Assembly: GCA_964036045.1 (NCBI GenBank)
Contig: OZ038378.1
Coordinates: 79,422,001-79,486,000, forward strand
Length of the DNA: 64,000 nucleotides
Direction of reading: 5' to 3'
Source of the DNA: Eutreptiella sp. 'Long Island Sound 2002'
Lineage: Eukaryota > Protista > Euglenida
Both the position numbers and the translations under genes were made by a program. Of this stretch, positions 38,444 through 50,464 are shown piece by piece. The stretch's first letter is position 1; every line of letters starts with the position of its first letter. Under the pieces are notes generated by a model. It worked only from the letters and a program-made list of their open reading frames with translations, made no database searches and was not told where the DNA came from.

Positions 38444-40449
38444 CACCCTCGTGCTCACAATTGGTCCCTGGAAAAAAGGTGTCAAACCGGGCCCATGCTC
38501 TCCTCTACTCTTTCAAATGCGTTCATCCAGCGTGAAGCTTCTGCACACAAAAAAGAATGTTGGGGCGCCTCCACCAGCGACCGTCTGTAAAGGCAGAGTC
38601 CTGTCCAGTTGCTTGTCTGTGCCTCTGTTCTGCTGTGGGATGTATGGCTGATGCCTGTTAGGACCCGCATGGCAGACTGGCCATCAACTTGAAACGGAGC
38701 GCCCTGAGCCAGTTTTAAGCATGCTCGGGTCCCCCGTTGCAACCCGATTTGGAGGCCCACAGTAGATTACACGGCAGCACTGGTCCGGATCTGGATTACC
38801 AGGGTTTTGGTGGATATTTCCACTCCAAATTTGAGGCGCGTGTTCCTCAGCTGTTGCCGCCTGACCCCCAACTTTTTGATCCGCGCTGTCACTGCGGCAG
38901 GATGCACCACAACCCTCCAGTTGCACGTTCAAACATCTGGTGCCTAGCCCTCCATGTGACAAGCTGCAACTGTGTGGTATTTATGAGGTTGGCGGGTGTC
39001 CGGAGGGGGCGGGGGGGGGGGGGGGCGCAGTAGATGGAGTACCACTCTCACGTGCCTGTACAGCAATGTCCAACATCCATCTTCACAATGCTTAGCAGCT
39101 GGACAGTGCCCAGCTCACACCACAGCGGGGTCTTCCGCATCAGGCCGGAATCCCCTCCCCCCCGCCTCAGGACCCCGCAACCCACCCACACGGTGAATAA
39201 CAGGGAACGACCACCTTGGGCACCAGCGGCGCCCGGAAATTTTGTTTGGCCTCTGTGGACCGGGGCACAGAAATTCCCCATTTTTCCCATTTTCCCCAAT
39301 TTGTGGAGAATGATAAAAGGAGCTTTTACCCCCGGAGCTGCGTATCAAAATGAAACAGGGAATTCCAAAATGCCCCCAAAACGCAAAAGGGCAAAATTTG
39401 CCCCCCCCCCCCCCCTCTGAATGTACAGGTCAGCTGTTGTGACGACCAGGAACGCCTGGTCTGATGTCTGTACTGCCTGTTTTTCTGAGGTTCAACCAGG
39501 CATGGCATAGAGAATAAAGATGCACTTATGCCATGCTGAGGAGTGCATTACCTCATTCTGCTTTTGCTGCTCTGTTACTGATTCTCTCTCTTCAGTGCAA
39601 TATCTCTCTCATAATCTAGGTCTCACCCCCCCCTCTGGACGCCACGTGAGTTGGGGGTCCGGAACTGAATTGAACCCCCCCCTCGTGGCTCACACGATGC
39701 CCGGATGGAAGCGACCGCTGCAATGGTCCCCTGTGTGCATGTGCAAGATTGGGTAGGACAGTGAGGGGGTGCCTCGGTGATCCGGCACCACCATCACCCA
39801 ACCGTGATTTTGCGGTCCCAATGCCCCCCCCCCCCCCCGCCCCCCAAACCGTCATTAACAAAAGATCTGGACGCGTGAAAGATGTGGACGCGTTAGGGAG
39901 AGGTGAAGTGTGGGGTTCATTGCAGGGGATTCTCTAGGTCCAGGAGCATAGAACGCGTGCTTACCCTCTTCTGCAGCGAAGAAGGGACTCCAATCCGTTC
40001 ACAAAGTTCCCGGTATGGCTGCCAGGGGTAGTGGGAAGGTGACAAGGGAGGTAGGGGTGTCCACAGGCGTGCGATACTGTTCCGTTCGCGAAGTGAGACA
40101 CCCCAACAATAAAGCAAGCTCCACTGAGCACGCGCAACAACAGCAGAACGAAACATGAGTGGCGTTGATTCCTCAGTTCCAATAGATTGCGAGCACCGCA
40201 TCGACCGTTGTGCACCCCTCTGGTTTTCATGCTGCACTTCACAAGTGCTGTGCAGTTTTGTTTCGTTTTTTTTACTGTCTGGGTTCAATAAGTTTCTTAG
40301 ATTTAGGTTTTATTTCTTCTTTTGGTTCCAAATGAGGATTTCGAGACAAGTAGCCATAAGTTAAACATCAATTTTATGAATACACTAGACACAAATTTGA
40401 TCGAGTTTCAATGTTGTGCATCTGTCTTTTGAATGTTTCATCACCTCAG

Positions 40450-40648
40450 CCTCGACAGGCGACGGGTTCCGTGTCTACGTCAAAGATGCATTGGATCTGA
40501 TCTGCAGCGTTGGCGCCAATCCCCTGGTGCGCTTGAAGATGGATGGGGTGACCCGGGAAACCACCGCCCACCTGCCCAGCAACCATCCCGTTTGGAATGA
40601 GATCTTGACGATGCCTGACATCGTTCGCCCAGGAGCCAAGGACCGAAG
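40450..40648 (+). CDS. Host gene exon: N-terminal half of a C2 domain
   Basis: CCTCAG|(A)STGDGFRVYVKDALDL..NPLVRLKMDGVTRETTAHLPSNHPVWNEILTMPD..KDR|GTTGCT; the phase-1 start matches the 34665 donor. Confidence 0.85.
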
Positions 40649-40873
40649 GTTGCTCCACTTCTCGCAAGTCATATCTGGTCGTTTCGGTTCGAGGTGAGCC
40701 TTTGAATCTGAGGGAGAGGTTTATTGTTGTGCCACCCCCCCCCCCCAAAAGTTGTGCTTTCCGGTCACATTTGTGTAATGTTGTAAAAAAGATTTGTGCA
40801 AATGCAAGCAAAACTGCGTCAAAATGTCTTCAAACGAACTTTTTTTACTACATTTTGCTCCGTTTTACTGAAT

Positions 40874-41594
40874 CACCTCGCAGAGGTTGTTAGATCAAAG
40901 CCACGCAGGCCCGTATATAGGGGAAAACGCCACATACCCCCCCCTTTTGGGCCTTTTTGGGCCTCTTCGCGTACCCTACCCCAAGGGGTTGAATTGTTAG
41001 TTTAACCCCACGTAAAATCATTATTTTGTCCAATAAACACATCCCCCAATGAGTGTTTGGTCCGGACCCATCCAGACCCCCCCCCCACTTGAAACCCACT
41101 TTTTGGGCTTTTGAGGGAGGGGGGGGGGGTCAAAAATGTCGAAGAAATGACCCCCATTTTGTTTGGTCGAAAATCATGAATCTTTTGGTTTTTTTCGATT
41201 TTGAGCCGAAAAAGTGTTTCCGGGTCCCGACTCCATGGGGTTTGTATGGGGCGGAGTGGGACGAGCACTCTGCGGTTTTATTATGCACTTTTCAGCCATT
41301 TTTGCGATGTTGGTGGTTTTGGCGACCTTGGTGACGCCGTGCTACCCACTCTGAGGGGTGTGAGTGGGGATGTTGTGACAGTATATGCCTATTAGGATAC
41401 GAAAGGACGTTTTTTGCAGTCTGTAGCCTTGCTGAGGGCGGGTCAAAACCCGTGCCAAAGATGCAAAATGACTGTTTCCACCAATAATGGCCTAGTGAAT
41501 GGGCCCGTGCACAACCTACTTGTGCAGTTTTTCACTTTGGACGGCTCAAAAATCGAAGTTTTGCAAACACATGTTTTTGATGTTGTGATCACCT
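40874..41594 (+). mobile_element. 5' portion of the asymmetric-TIR element family (3'-truncated)
   Basis: GAAT|CACCTCGCAGAGGTTGTTAGATCAAAG; body near-identical to 51106-51540 and 52450-52650. Confidence 0.85.
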
Positions 41595-41609
41595 GAGTGT
41601 TTGGCTGAA

Positions 41610-41945
41610 ACTGCGCGCCTCGTTATACGAGGCGCAAATCGGGCTCGGCGCGCGCCTCGTTCCCCGTGCGCCTCGGTAGCGCCAAATCCCCCCCTCCCCC
41701 CGTGCGCCTCGTTAGCGCCAAATCCCCCCCTCCCCCCGTGCGCCTCGTTAGCGCCAAAACTCCCCCCCCCCCGTGCGCCTCGTTAGCGCCAAACTCCCCC
41801 CCCCCCCCGTGCGCCTCGTTAGCGCCAACCCCCCCCCCCCCCGTGCGCCTCGTTAGCGCCAACCCCCCCCCCCCCCGTGCGCCTCGTTAGCGCCAAACCC
41901 CCCCCCCCCCCGTGCGCCTCATTTGCGCGCCAAACCCCCCCCCTC
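41610..41945. repeat. ~36-bp tandem repeat CGTGCGCCTCGTTAGCGCC + poly-C; the same family resumes at 46340-46495
   Basis: Directly visible units with variable C-runs. Confidence 0.9.
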
Positions 41946-42019
41946 CTATGCACCGCCTTGTATGTGGACCTCCCTCAACTTCGGCTCGCTTCGCTCCATG
42001 CGGGGGACACCCCACACAC

Positions 42020-43870
42020 CCCCCTTAAATAACTAGCCTCCTGCGGTGGCTACAGACCGCCTTTTGTGTGCACCGCCTTGTGTATGCACCACCTTGAATT
42101 TGCACCGCCTTGTGTATACACCGCCTTCCTTGTGGCCCCTTAAATAACAAGACTCCTGCGGTGGCTATAGACCGCCTTTTGTGTGCACTGCCTTGTGTGT
42201 GTACCGCCTTCTGTGTGTACCGCCTTGCCTATGGCCCCTCAAATAACAAGACTCCTGCGGTGGCTACAGACCGCCTTTTGTGTGCACCGCCTTATGTGTG
42301 TACCGCCTTCTATGTGTACGGCCTTGCTTGTGGCCCCTTAAATAGCGACGCGCGGTGTCCCCATGGGGGATCGTGGTCCTATACGTGCCGGATGCCTTCA
42401 CCCTCAGTGTGGGCTCACCGGGTGACGACGACCCCCATCCCGGGCCGGGGGTGCGCACGTTGTACCTCGATCCCTACGGGGACTGGGAGCCGGAGGATTT
42501 GCGGTACTTGTACGACCGGGGACTAGTGGTGGGCGCCGCCAAGCGGGTGCTGGCCACGGTCGTCAACTTTTGGGACGCCTTGGACCGTAAGCGGGAGATG
42601 CCCATCGTCCCGGCGGCCCGCAAAGTCTATTACCGGGACGACGACGGGCAGGCAGTCCGGGTGCCTGCGCGCTTCGACCCGGCCTCCCACGCGTGGGGGA
42701 GCCGACCGGCGATGGCCGGGCTGTGGCCGGGGGCGAGCCTGCTGTGGCCCGTGTGCGAGCGCGGGCGGCTATCCGCCATCCTGCCCTCGGGGCAACCCAG
42801 GCCCCCATCCTGGGGCGGGACCCAGTGGGTCCTCTGGTATTCAGACCGACCTCCGCCCAAGGCCGCGGGACGTTGGCCCCACGAGGTCCGCGGGGCTGAG
42901 TTGGCCATCATCGATGGGCCGGGCGGCCTGCCGCCGCGGCGGTTGGTCTGGCTCCTTTCGTACGGGCCACCCGCCCGCTACATGGGTTTGTACGAGACGA
43001 GGGGGGCACATGACCGTCGTCAAGTGCGCCGGCTGCGCGATATGCTGATGGCCACCCTGCGCATGGCCGGTTATCAGCCCCGGATCTCTTACCAGTTGCT
43101 GGGGTTGGCTTTGCGGCCGCCTCGATAACCCCCTCGCTACGCCGTATCCCAGGTGCGTTCCCGGGGTACGGCCAAGGGGGGGCAGTGTTACAGCAGCCCA
43201 CGGGCAGTGCTGCAGAGACGGTGTGCAGAGCCGCAGCTCTCAAAGGCGTGAAGCACTGCGGTTTGAGGGGACACGACCGGAGGGTTGGAGGAGGGCCCCG
43301 CGCACGGGCGCCTTCGGCAGAAGTGCCGTGCGCCGGGGGAGGGGGGGGGGGCCGGGCCACGGACCAAGCCCCCGAGACCCGCGGGCCAAACGCCGCCCAG
43401 TCGGTAGTACCTGGCGGCTAAGGGCCCACACCCGTGAGACTGCATCCCCCTTCCCTTGGGGTGGTGGTGGACCGTGCCAGAAGTGGAGCCGGCGCTCCGC
43501 CTCGCCCCCCATTCCGTGCCCCTGGGGGGGGGATCCGGCTACGTGTAGGGCAGGGGTGCATGCACGTAGTGCGGACCAGGGGACTAGGGGAGGAGACGAA
43601 GAGGAGAGCCGCCGCCATGATGCTTAGCCGGACAGGTTGGGATGAAACCCCCCTCCCGGTCGCGTGCCAGACCGTGGAGGGCCGGCGGGCACCATGGGGA
43701 TGTGCCGCGGGGGCGCCCTACCGGGGGACCGCATCTCCTCCTCCTCCTAAATAAAAAGACTCCTGCGGTGGCTACAGACCGCCTTGTGTGTGCACCGCCT
43801 TGTGTGTGCACCGCCTTGTGTGTGCACCGGCTTGTATGTGCACCGCCTTGTGTATGCACGGACTTGTATG
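42020..43870. repeat. ~100-bp tandem array (TAAATAACAAGACTCCTGCGGTGGCTACAGACCGCC...) interrupted by a 1.4-kb insertion
   Basis: Units start near 42025, 42140, 42240 and 42339; the array resumes at 43748. Confidence 0.85.
42345..43747 (+). mobile_element. 1403-bp GC-rich insertion with TAAATA target duplication, a 5'-open 257-aa ORF (to 43128) and a (CTC)n 3' end
   Basis: TAAATA at 42339-42344 and 43748-43753; frame open from the 5' junction with no in-frame ATG nearby; product unrecognised. Confidence 0.65.
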
Positions 43871-44653
43871 TGGACTACGCGTCTCGTGAATGCCAACACC
43901 CCCCCCCCCCCAGGGATTGCATAATTGCCCGTCCCGTCTGCCCGTCAAATGAAAATAAACGCGTTTATTCGTTTATTTTGTTTATTTTGCCGTTTTGGCT
44001 CCGTTTGGGCTGTTTTTCAATGTTTTTTTTGTGTTTTTTTGTGTTTTTTGGGTGTTTTCCAGAGGTATATACATTTTCCATTTGTTGTTGCCCATCATTG
44101 CATCCTTTTTTTTCACCAAAAGTGTATGTTTTGCATTGTCTCGAGCACATTTTAAGCAGAAGGGTCTCCATGCGTTGCAAGCATCATGGCATAGAAATTA
44201 GAAACAATGGAATCGGTGTCCACATATAAACTATAAAAAAACGAGCAATATATATAGCAATAAAGAGCAACCAAGAGAATAGCACCCAAGAGCGAGCAAT
44301 AAAGGAAATCCATCGAGCACGTCTACCAACTGCATGGTCAAGGGTCTAGGGTCGCGTGGCTTCATTCTTCAACAAGGTTCTGCACATGGTTATTTAGAGC
44401 GCATCAAGACAGGTCTGGGGTTATGGCAATCCTCTGGGGTAAGACTTGTGGGGCAAGGTTGTGGCATGGTTCTTCATGGGCTCAAGGGTTTGAGGTTGTG
44501 GTTTTCGCTAGCCAAAGGGGAACGGGGACTGTGGAACGATTCTTGCGCAGGGTTGTGGGTTCCAGGGCCTAGAGGAAAGGTTGTCAAGGGGTGGTGCTTG
44601 TCACATGAATAGTGCAAATATGTCCTCTCTCTCTCTCATTCTAGCCTCTTCTT

Positions 44654-45694
44654 ATGCGTCCACTTTGGGTACGGCGCGTAGATGGGGGCGAGTGGGTGCA
44701 CCTGAACTCCGTCGCTGATGCAGTCACTCACTTGAAGACCCACAGCACGGACATCTTCCACACCCAGGTCACCCGGGCCGCTAGCAAAGGTCGCACGGCC
44801 AAGGGCTGGGAGTTCTCCTTTGAGGAGCCCCAAGCCGATCCCCGTCCGACATCCGCGGCCTCCGCCCCCCACAGTTCACCTACATCCATGTCGTCCTTCT
44901 TCTGCCCAACGTCTGCGCTACCCGCGTGTGCTTGTTGTGGCAACAAACTGCACGGGGACGTCACCACGTGCACCAATTGCAAGCACAAGGTGCATGCCTT
45001 GTGCACGCAAGGTGGCCACTGTTTTAAATGTGTGTGCCGTGTGTGCAATAAATCTCCCAGTGGGGACATGCGGGCATGCAAGACATGTATGCACTGCGTG
45101 CATACCACATGTGCAGTGCACGTGGCCTATCGTGTGTAGGTGGTCTGCAAGACGTGCACGCCCCGGCCCGAAGTGGCCTCCCAACCGGCCAAAAAGAAGG
45201 TTAGGCGGTATTTCAACACCAAATGGCAGATCAGCCGCCCATGGCTCCAATACGCAAACGGTGTAATGTCGTGCCTTGCTTGCAAGGAGTACCCGCAACC
45301 CGGTGTGCAGCAAACCTGGCTGGCGGGCAATGCACAACTGCGGGAGCTTACCGTGAGAGAACACAGCAATTGCGGCGTTCACTGCACGTCCCTAGCTTTG
45401 TGGGAAAGTGGCGGTGCCTCTACCACCGTTATAGGCGGATTGCCGGAACCAGTTCGCAATGCCATCGCGGGCCTATTCCAGTTGGTCTATCACATGGCAA
45501 AGCGTGGCAGCCCACCTGCCCACATACCGGGGGACGCTGAGGCTGTACAGCTAGCTGGCGGTACAGTGACACCGTCCTACCAATCCCATCACTCGGTCGC
45601 CACTATTACACATGCAATTGCCGCTCCCATCCGATCCGTCGAAGGCGAGGCCATTGAGAGCTCCAACTTCTTTGCGCTCGCCTCTGATAGTGGA
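44654..45694 (+). pseudogene. ZNF862/ZMYM-type hAT transposase N-terminal part: NUMOD1-like, two PHD-like fingers, TTF zinc finger, DUF4371-like; in-frame TAG 45137-45139; truncated at the first catalytic Asp
   Basis: EWVHLNSVADAVTHL..RTAKGWEFSF; CACC..CTNC..HALC..CFKC/CRVC..CKTC..HTTC..CKTC; RYFNTKWQISRPWLQY..SCLACKEY..EHSNCGVH; LFQLVYHMAKRG..SYQS..IESSNFFALASDS. Pyrimidine tract plus AG precedes the ATG. Confidence 0.85.
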
Positions 45695-45744
45695 GCATGC
45701 ATTTGTGGGGTTGCAGGGATTTGTGTTGCCGTCCAAGAAAACAT

Positions 45745-46050
45745 CCAGAGCCCAACAGGAAATAATAGCATCCATCCAGAGCCCACCACGAATAAACAGC
45801 AACCATCCAGAGCCCACCAGGAATAAACAGCATCCATCCAGAGCCCATCAAGAAATAACAGCAACCATCCAGAGCCCATCAGGAGATAACAGCAACCATC
45901 CAGAGCCCATCAGGAATAAACAACAACCATCCAGAGCCCATCAGGAATAAACAGCAACCATCCAGAGCCCACCACGAATAAACAGCAACCATCCAGAGCC
46001 CATCAGGAAATAACAGCAACCATCCAGAGCCCATGAGGAAGTAACAACAA
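45745..46050. repeat. 31-bp tandem repeat (AACCATCCAGAGCCCATCAGGAATAAACAGC) inside the hAT
   Basis: Period of 31 measured at 45841/45872; about 9-10 copies. Confidence 0.9.
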
Positions 46051-46728
46051 CCATGCAGAGTGCATGAAGGATTATCATGCAGCCATAAACAAAGTTTTGC
46101 AATAAAGTAAGTACCAAACAGTAGAAAGCATGCAATAGTATGTACAAAACGTCCAAAGTGGACCCCACTTTTTCTATCAAATAACCTCAAAAGGCTTTTG
46201 CCATTGGTATGTGCAAAATGAGACCAAAAAATGAGGGAAAAAACAAAAAAAACGAAACAAACCAAAAAAAAAAGGGGTTTCCTTGATGTGCCCGTCAGCC
46301 CGTCAACACCCTTGTTGACGGGCGTTTATGCGATCCCTGCCCCCCCCCCCCCCCATGCGCCTCGTTAGTGCGCCAACCCCCCCCCCCGCCCGCGTGCCTC
46401 GTTAGCGCGCCAAATCCCCCCGCCCGCGCGCCTCGTTGGCGCGCAAACCCCCCCCCCCGCGCCTCGTTCGCAAGCCCCCCCCCCCCCCCCCGCACCCTGC
46501 GTCGACATTGCGAAAGGTGCCGAGGCTGAGTTGGGCCAAAGTCCCACAGGGAGCATGATTGCAACTCCCTCCTTAGTAAGAGCTATTTGAAGTGAAAAGG
46601 GATGCCACCAGAACCAGCGTCGTGCACAAAACGGCGACGACCAACTGCGAGCCCTGAGCAGTCATGCTCTTCTGGAAGATTCCTCTCAGCATCCAGCACA
46701 GACATCCCCCACTGTCCTTTGTCTGCAG

Positions 46729-46956
46729 GCTCACTGTCTCTGTGCACTCTAAGAATGAAGACATCGGCACTGCTACAGTGGAGCTGCCATTGGGCGAAAT
46801 TGATGTGGATGCGTGGGTTCCTGTCATGAAGAACGGCAAGACCACCGGCAATGTGCATTTGGGCATCGAAGCGACTGGTTGTGGCCTCTCTACCATCCGC
46901 GACAGAGACATAGGCTGCCCTGAACTCTTAGGAGATTTGCATCGCAGGAGGATGTG
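46729..46956 (+). CDS. Host gene exon: C-terminal half of the C2 domain
   Basis: TCTGCAG|(R)LTVSVHSKNEDIGTATVELPLGEIDVDAWVPVMKNGKTTGNVHLGIEA..; phase 2 joins the 40648 donor (AG|G = Arg); probable donor GTGTGT at 46957. Confidence 0.85.
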
Positions 46957-49900
46957 GTGTGTGGTGAGAGAATACAATTCATTTCCTTGTCGGGTTTAAA
47001 GGGGCGTCGAGCATGAGTGAGAAAAACATGCAGAAGGGAATTGGCGACTGTGTTGTTTGTTCACATCTCCGTTTCTTCAAGTGGCATGTGTGTGGTAAGA
47101 TCGTTCAACATCAACCCAAAGTCAAATCTGTGTCATCTTCAATCTACTCCTTGCTTTGCAGGGAAGTCGGCCGTGACACTGACAGGCAAGACCCCCGGTA
47201 TGCAAGCCCTGTCGTGACAGGGGTGAGCTGTGCAGCCCTAATCATGGCATGATTTACCACACAGGTGCTCCATTGATGACAATTCACATGCTGGGGCAGT
47301 GGGTCACAGAACGGAGCTTGGTTGCCACCTTAACCCCTGAGATGTGGGATGCCCGTACGAGGAGGCAGAAATAGGGGTGAAAGACCTCGATGTAATGCTT
47401 TAAGCATAGTGGCCCACCAGGGTTGGTCTCAGACACCCCCCCCCCTCTTTATAATCCTCCCCCTTGCTTAGCAGGACCCCCAGCAACCTGTTGCTTTTTA
47501 AGGGCAAGGGATTGTATCGCTCCTCCCCTGTCCTCACCCTGCCCTTGTGCCATCTTCTTAGTGATGCCAACGAATGAGCCTTGATGTGTGTGGTGTGAGT
47601 TGTGAGGCAGGGATGACCGATGCATTGTGACTGCTCAGGGGCGCATTCGAATGTACCTCGGGAGAAAAAGCAGAAAACTGTGAGAAAGGGCCCACTTCAA
47701 AAGTCGACTCACCACGGTTCACAAGCAGAAGCGGCAACCGCGACAATAGCATGAGCAGCATGAGCAGCGTGAACAGCATGAACAGCATCAAGGAAAATCT
47801 GCAACAATGATAACGACAACAGAACCTCCTCAAACCCGAAAACCCCTACAAGAGGCGGGACCGCGCTCAACCCTGACCAGTTTGGGAAAATGGGTGGATG
47901 ATCGCAGGTGGTTGCCGGGTGGCTGATGGCAATGAGGTGGCGGTCATCAATCTGCGGCTTGTGGCGGTCGATCTTTAACCCAACTTTACTCCTTTTTTGC
48001 TGGTGCCGAAATAAGGTCTGTTAAAGAATCTCATCCATTGACGCCCAGGCCATAGGCTCTCAAATTGAGCAATGGCCCCCTCAAAGGCGATGGGTGCTTG
48101 ATTCTGGAGCAGAACGCGTTGTTTCAATGAACACAATCAAGGCGCTGCGTTGTGGGATCGTTTTAAGGGGTATAGGTGGGGGTATCAGGGATCCCCCCCC
48201 AAAAAAAACCTTTTGGGGGGCCCTGTTTGATATGCCAAATTTGGAAGTTGGTGATCTGTCATGGAGGGGAGGGGGCACCTGCCGCTCATTTTTTTCTCCA
48301 TCCCTAGGAGCGATATGAAGGCAAGTGGAAAAGCTATTTCAGGGGGTTGGGGGTTTTAGCCCCCGAGACTGGGTCGAGAAAGGGGCTCTCGTGACAGAGC
48401 CTATTTACAAGCGTTGTCTTAAAGGCAGGTAGTGGCTAAACGCCTTGGAGGATTTCTCGAAAAAAAAGCCTCCACCATCACGTGTGTGTCATGGATAAGG
48501 AGTGATGTATGCCCTGTCCCCCAGCCCCCTGCCAGGCCGTTCAAGGTTGGTTTTGGGGCTCTGCCGCGAGAGCCTTGCCTCAACCGCCACTGATACTACC
48601 CAAGTTGATCAATGAGCAACAACAAATTGTAAACCTCATTGATGTATTGCAGCTGGAAGTGAACATCATTGTTATTCCCACTCGTTCACCTCCCCCCCCA
48701 TGGGGGGCTTTTAATTGGGGGGCCGGGGAATGGGGCCCCGCCCTCCTCTAAAAGCAGTCCTTATGCCATTATATACGATCCGCGCGCCGAAATGAAACAT
48801 ATCCCAAAAGTGTACGATGCAGCCCCTCTAAATGACCGCCTGAAAGAGCTGATTCGCGCCGTCATATTCGTTCCAATCAATCATGGCTGTTTTGCAAAGT
48901 TAGGACTTTTACATGGTTTTAACTTCTTTACGAGCATCTACTAATTCCATATAAGCTAGGGATGCGATTTGAAGGTGCACTAGCAAAGTTGAGGTGCTGA
49001 ACAACACTATATCTAAGCCACAGGCCCCAAATCTCAAGAAATCTATTTGACATTTTATTCATTTGCTGTGCACGCGTGCATTTTGCAGTCGCCGGCATTT
49101 GCGATCTTTCATTTTGCCTGTCCAAGGTGAAATCGGGCTACAATGCACGAAATCTTGATCTAAGACAACATTTATAAATGATTCTAAAAGCCTCGTCTTG
49201 CTGTTCAATTGAGAAACCGCCGTCATTTTGTTTTAGCACCGCTCTCCGATTTGACGGTTTTCAGCGCACTCAGCTGCCTTTTTAAGCTCAAAAATGAAAA
49301 GAACACCCCCAAATTGACCAAAAATGCCCTTAATTTCGTCAAAATCTGATACAATAGGCCCGAGATACGAATATGTCAATTGTATGCTATTTGCACCCTG
49401 TGTCGCTAATCTTGCCCAATGCACCCACCCTGTCCTTGCGCTGCTAGCTTAAACATAAGGCAAAGGAGTGTTTTTGCGTTTGTTTGTCAATGCCCGGCTC
49501 CATTTCCGACATAGAAAGGTGACCCGAAAATGGCTAAAAACGTAATAAGGCCTTTCTTTTGATGGTGCTTTGCACCAGCAAAGGAAAAGCCGGACCAAGC
49601 ACGAAAGACGAAGGATTCATTTAACCTTACTTTTCCACACCCTCCACAACATATCATGTTTCATTGCTTCATTGAAATTTCCTAAACATGCTCATGGTTC
49701 TTTGTTATAAATACCTGATCATGCACGTGCATATCGTGCAATCTGAATTCATCGTCCGACAGATACCCTTCAGAGGCGATCGCAGCCCGCACACTGCCCT
49801 TCCACATCTCGTGGAGCCCCCCTCCGCTTGTTGCATGGTGCTGCACACGTGCTGCATGGTGCTTCCCTTGGCACCACAATTACTAGGTTCATTGCATGTG

Positions 49901-50464
49901 TAAAAGCAAGGATCAAGTGCATATTGTTAATTAGTGGACCCATACTAGCTAACTTGGATGCCTGAATTTGTTGTCAAGCTACTTAAGTAGGTTTCTCTTC
50001 CGGCACACCACATGGCATGTTGCAGGGCATACCGTAGATGCTGCAGGTGTGAGTGTGGCACATGTACAAAAGTGTTGTCCAGAAGCCAATGGGCAGCACT
50101 CTGTCTAACGACATCAGATGGTGGATGGTGTCAACAGACTATGCTAAGCAGATAAGCGGATCTTCAACAGTGACTAATGACAGCCGTTGGCGGAGAACCG
50201 CAAGACGTTGGCGCGGTGAACCAACAGTAGATGATCGTTGACTATTGTTGTGTCGGTCAACAACTGGCGGCTGGTGGGTGGGTGCACTTGCATGTGGCGT
50301 ACATAGTGCTACGTCTTGAAGGAGTGTAGGCCAAGGAGGGCTGCCTGTTTCGGAAACCCCCAACCCCCTCCGGACCCCCCAAAAGTTCTGGTACCCGCCT
50401 TCGTTTTCCGGCGCCATTTGAGATTGGCGCCGGAAAATTGCCGGCGCCATAGGCGCCGAAGAAT

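Larger units (their letters stand above)
43911..46339 (+). mobile_element. hAT DNA transposon, internally deleted, inserted in a poly-C run
   Basis: TIR CAGGGATTGCATAATTGCCCGTC versus reverse complement CAGGGATCGCATAAACGCCCGTC (20/23); C8 on both flanks fits an 8-bp TSD; subterminal GCCCGTC repeats; transposase motifs inside. Confidence 0.9.

Noticed and set aside
37464-38651. 395-aa ORF as a gene
   Set aside because: It reads through two tandem copies of an interspersed repeat; low complexity and no domain.
47639-47809. Missing host exon between the C2 and 55213 exons
   Set aside because: It has an AG and the right entry phase but runs into TGA without a convincing donor; left unresolved.
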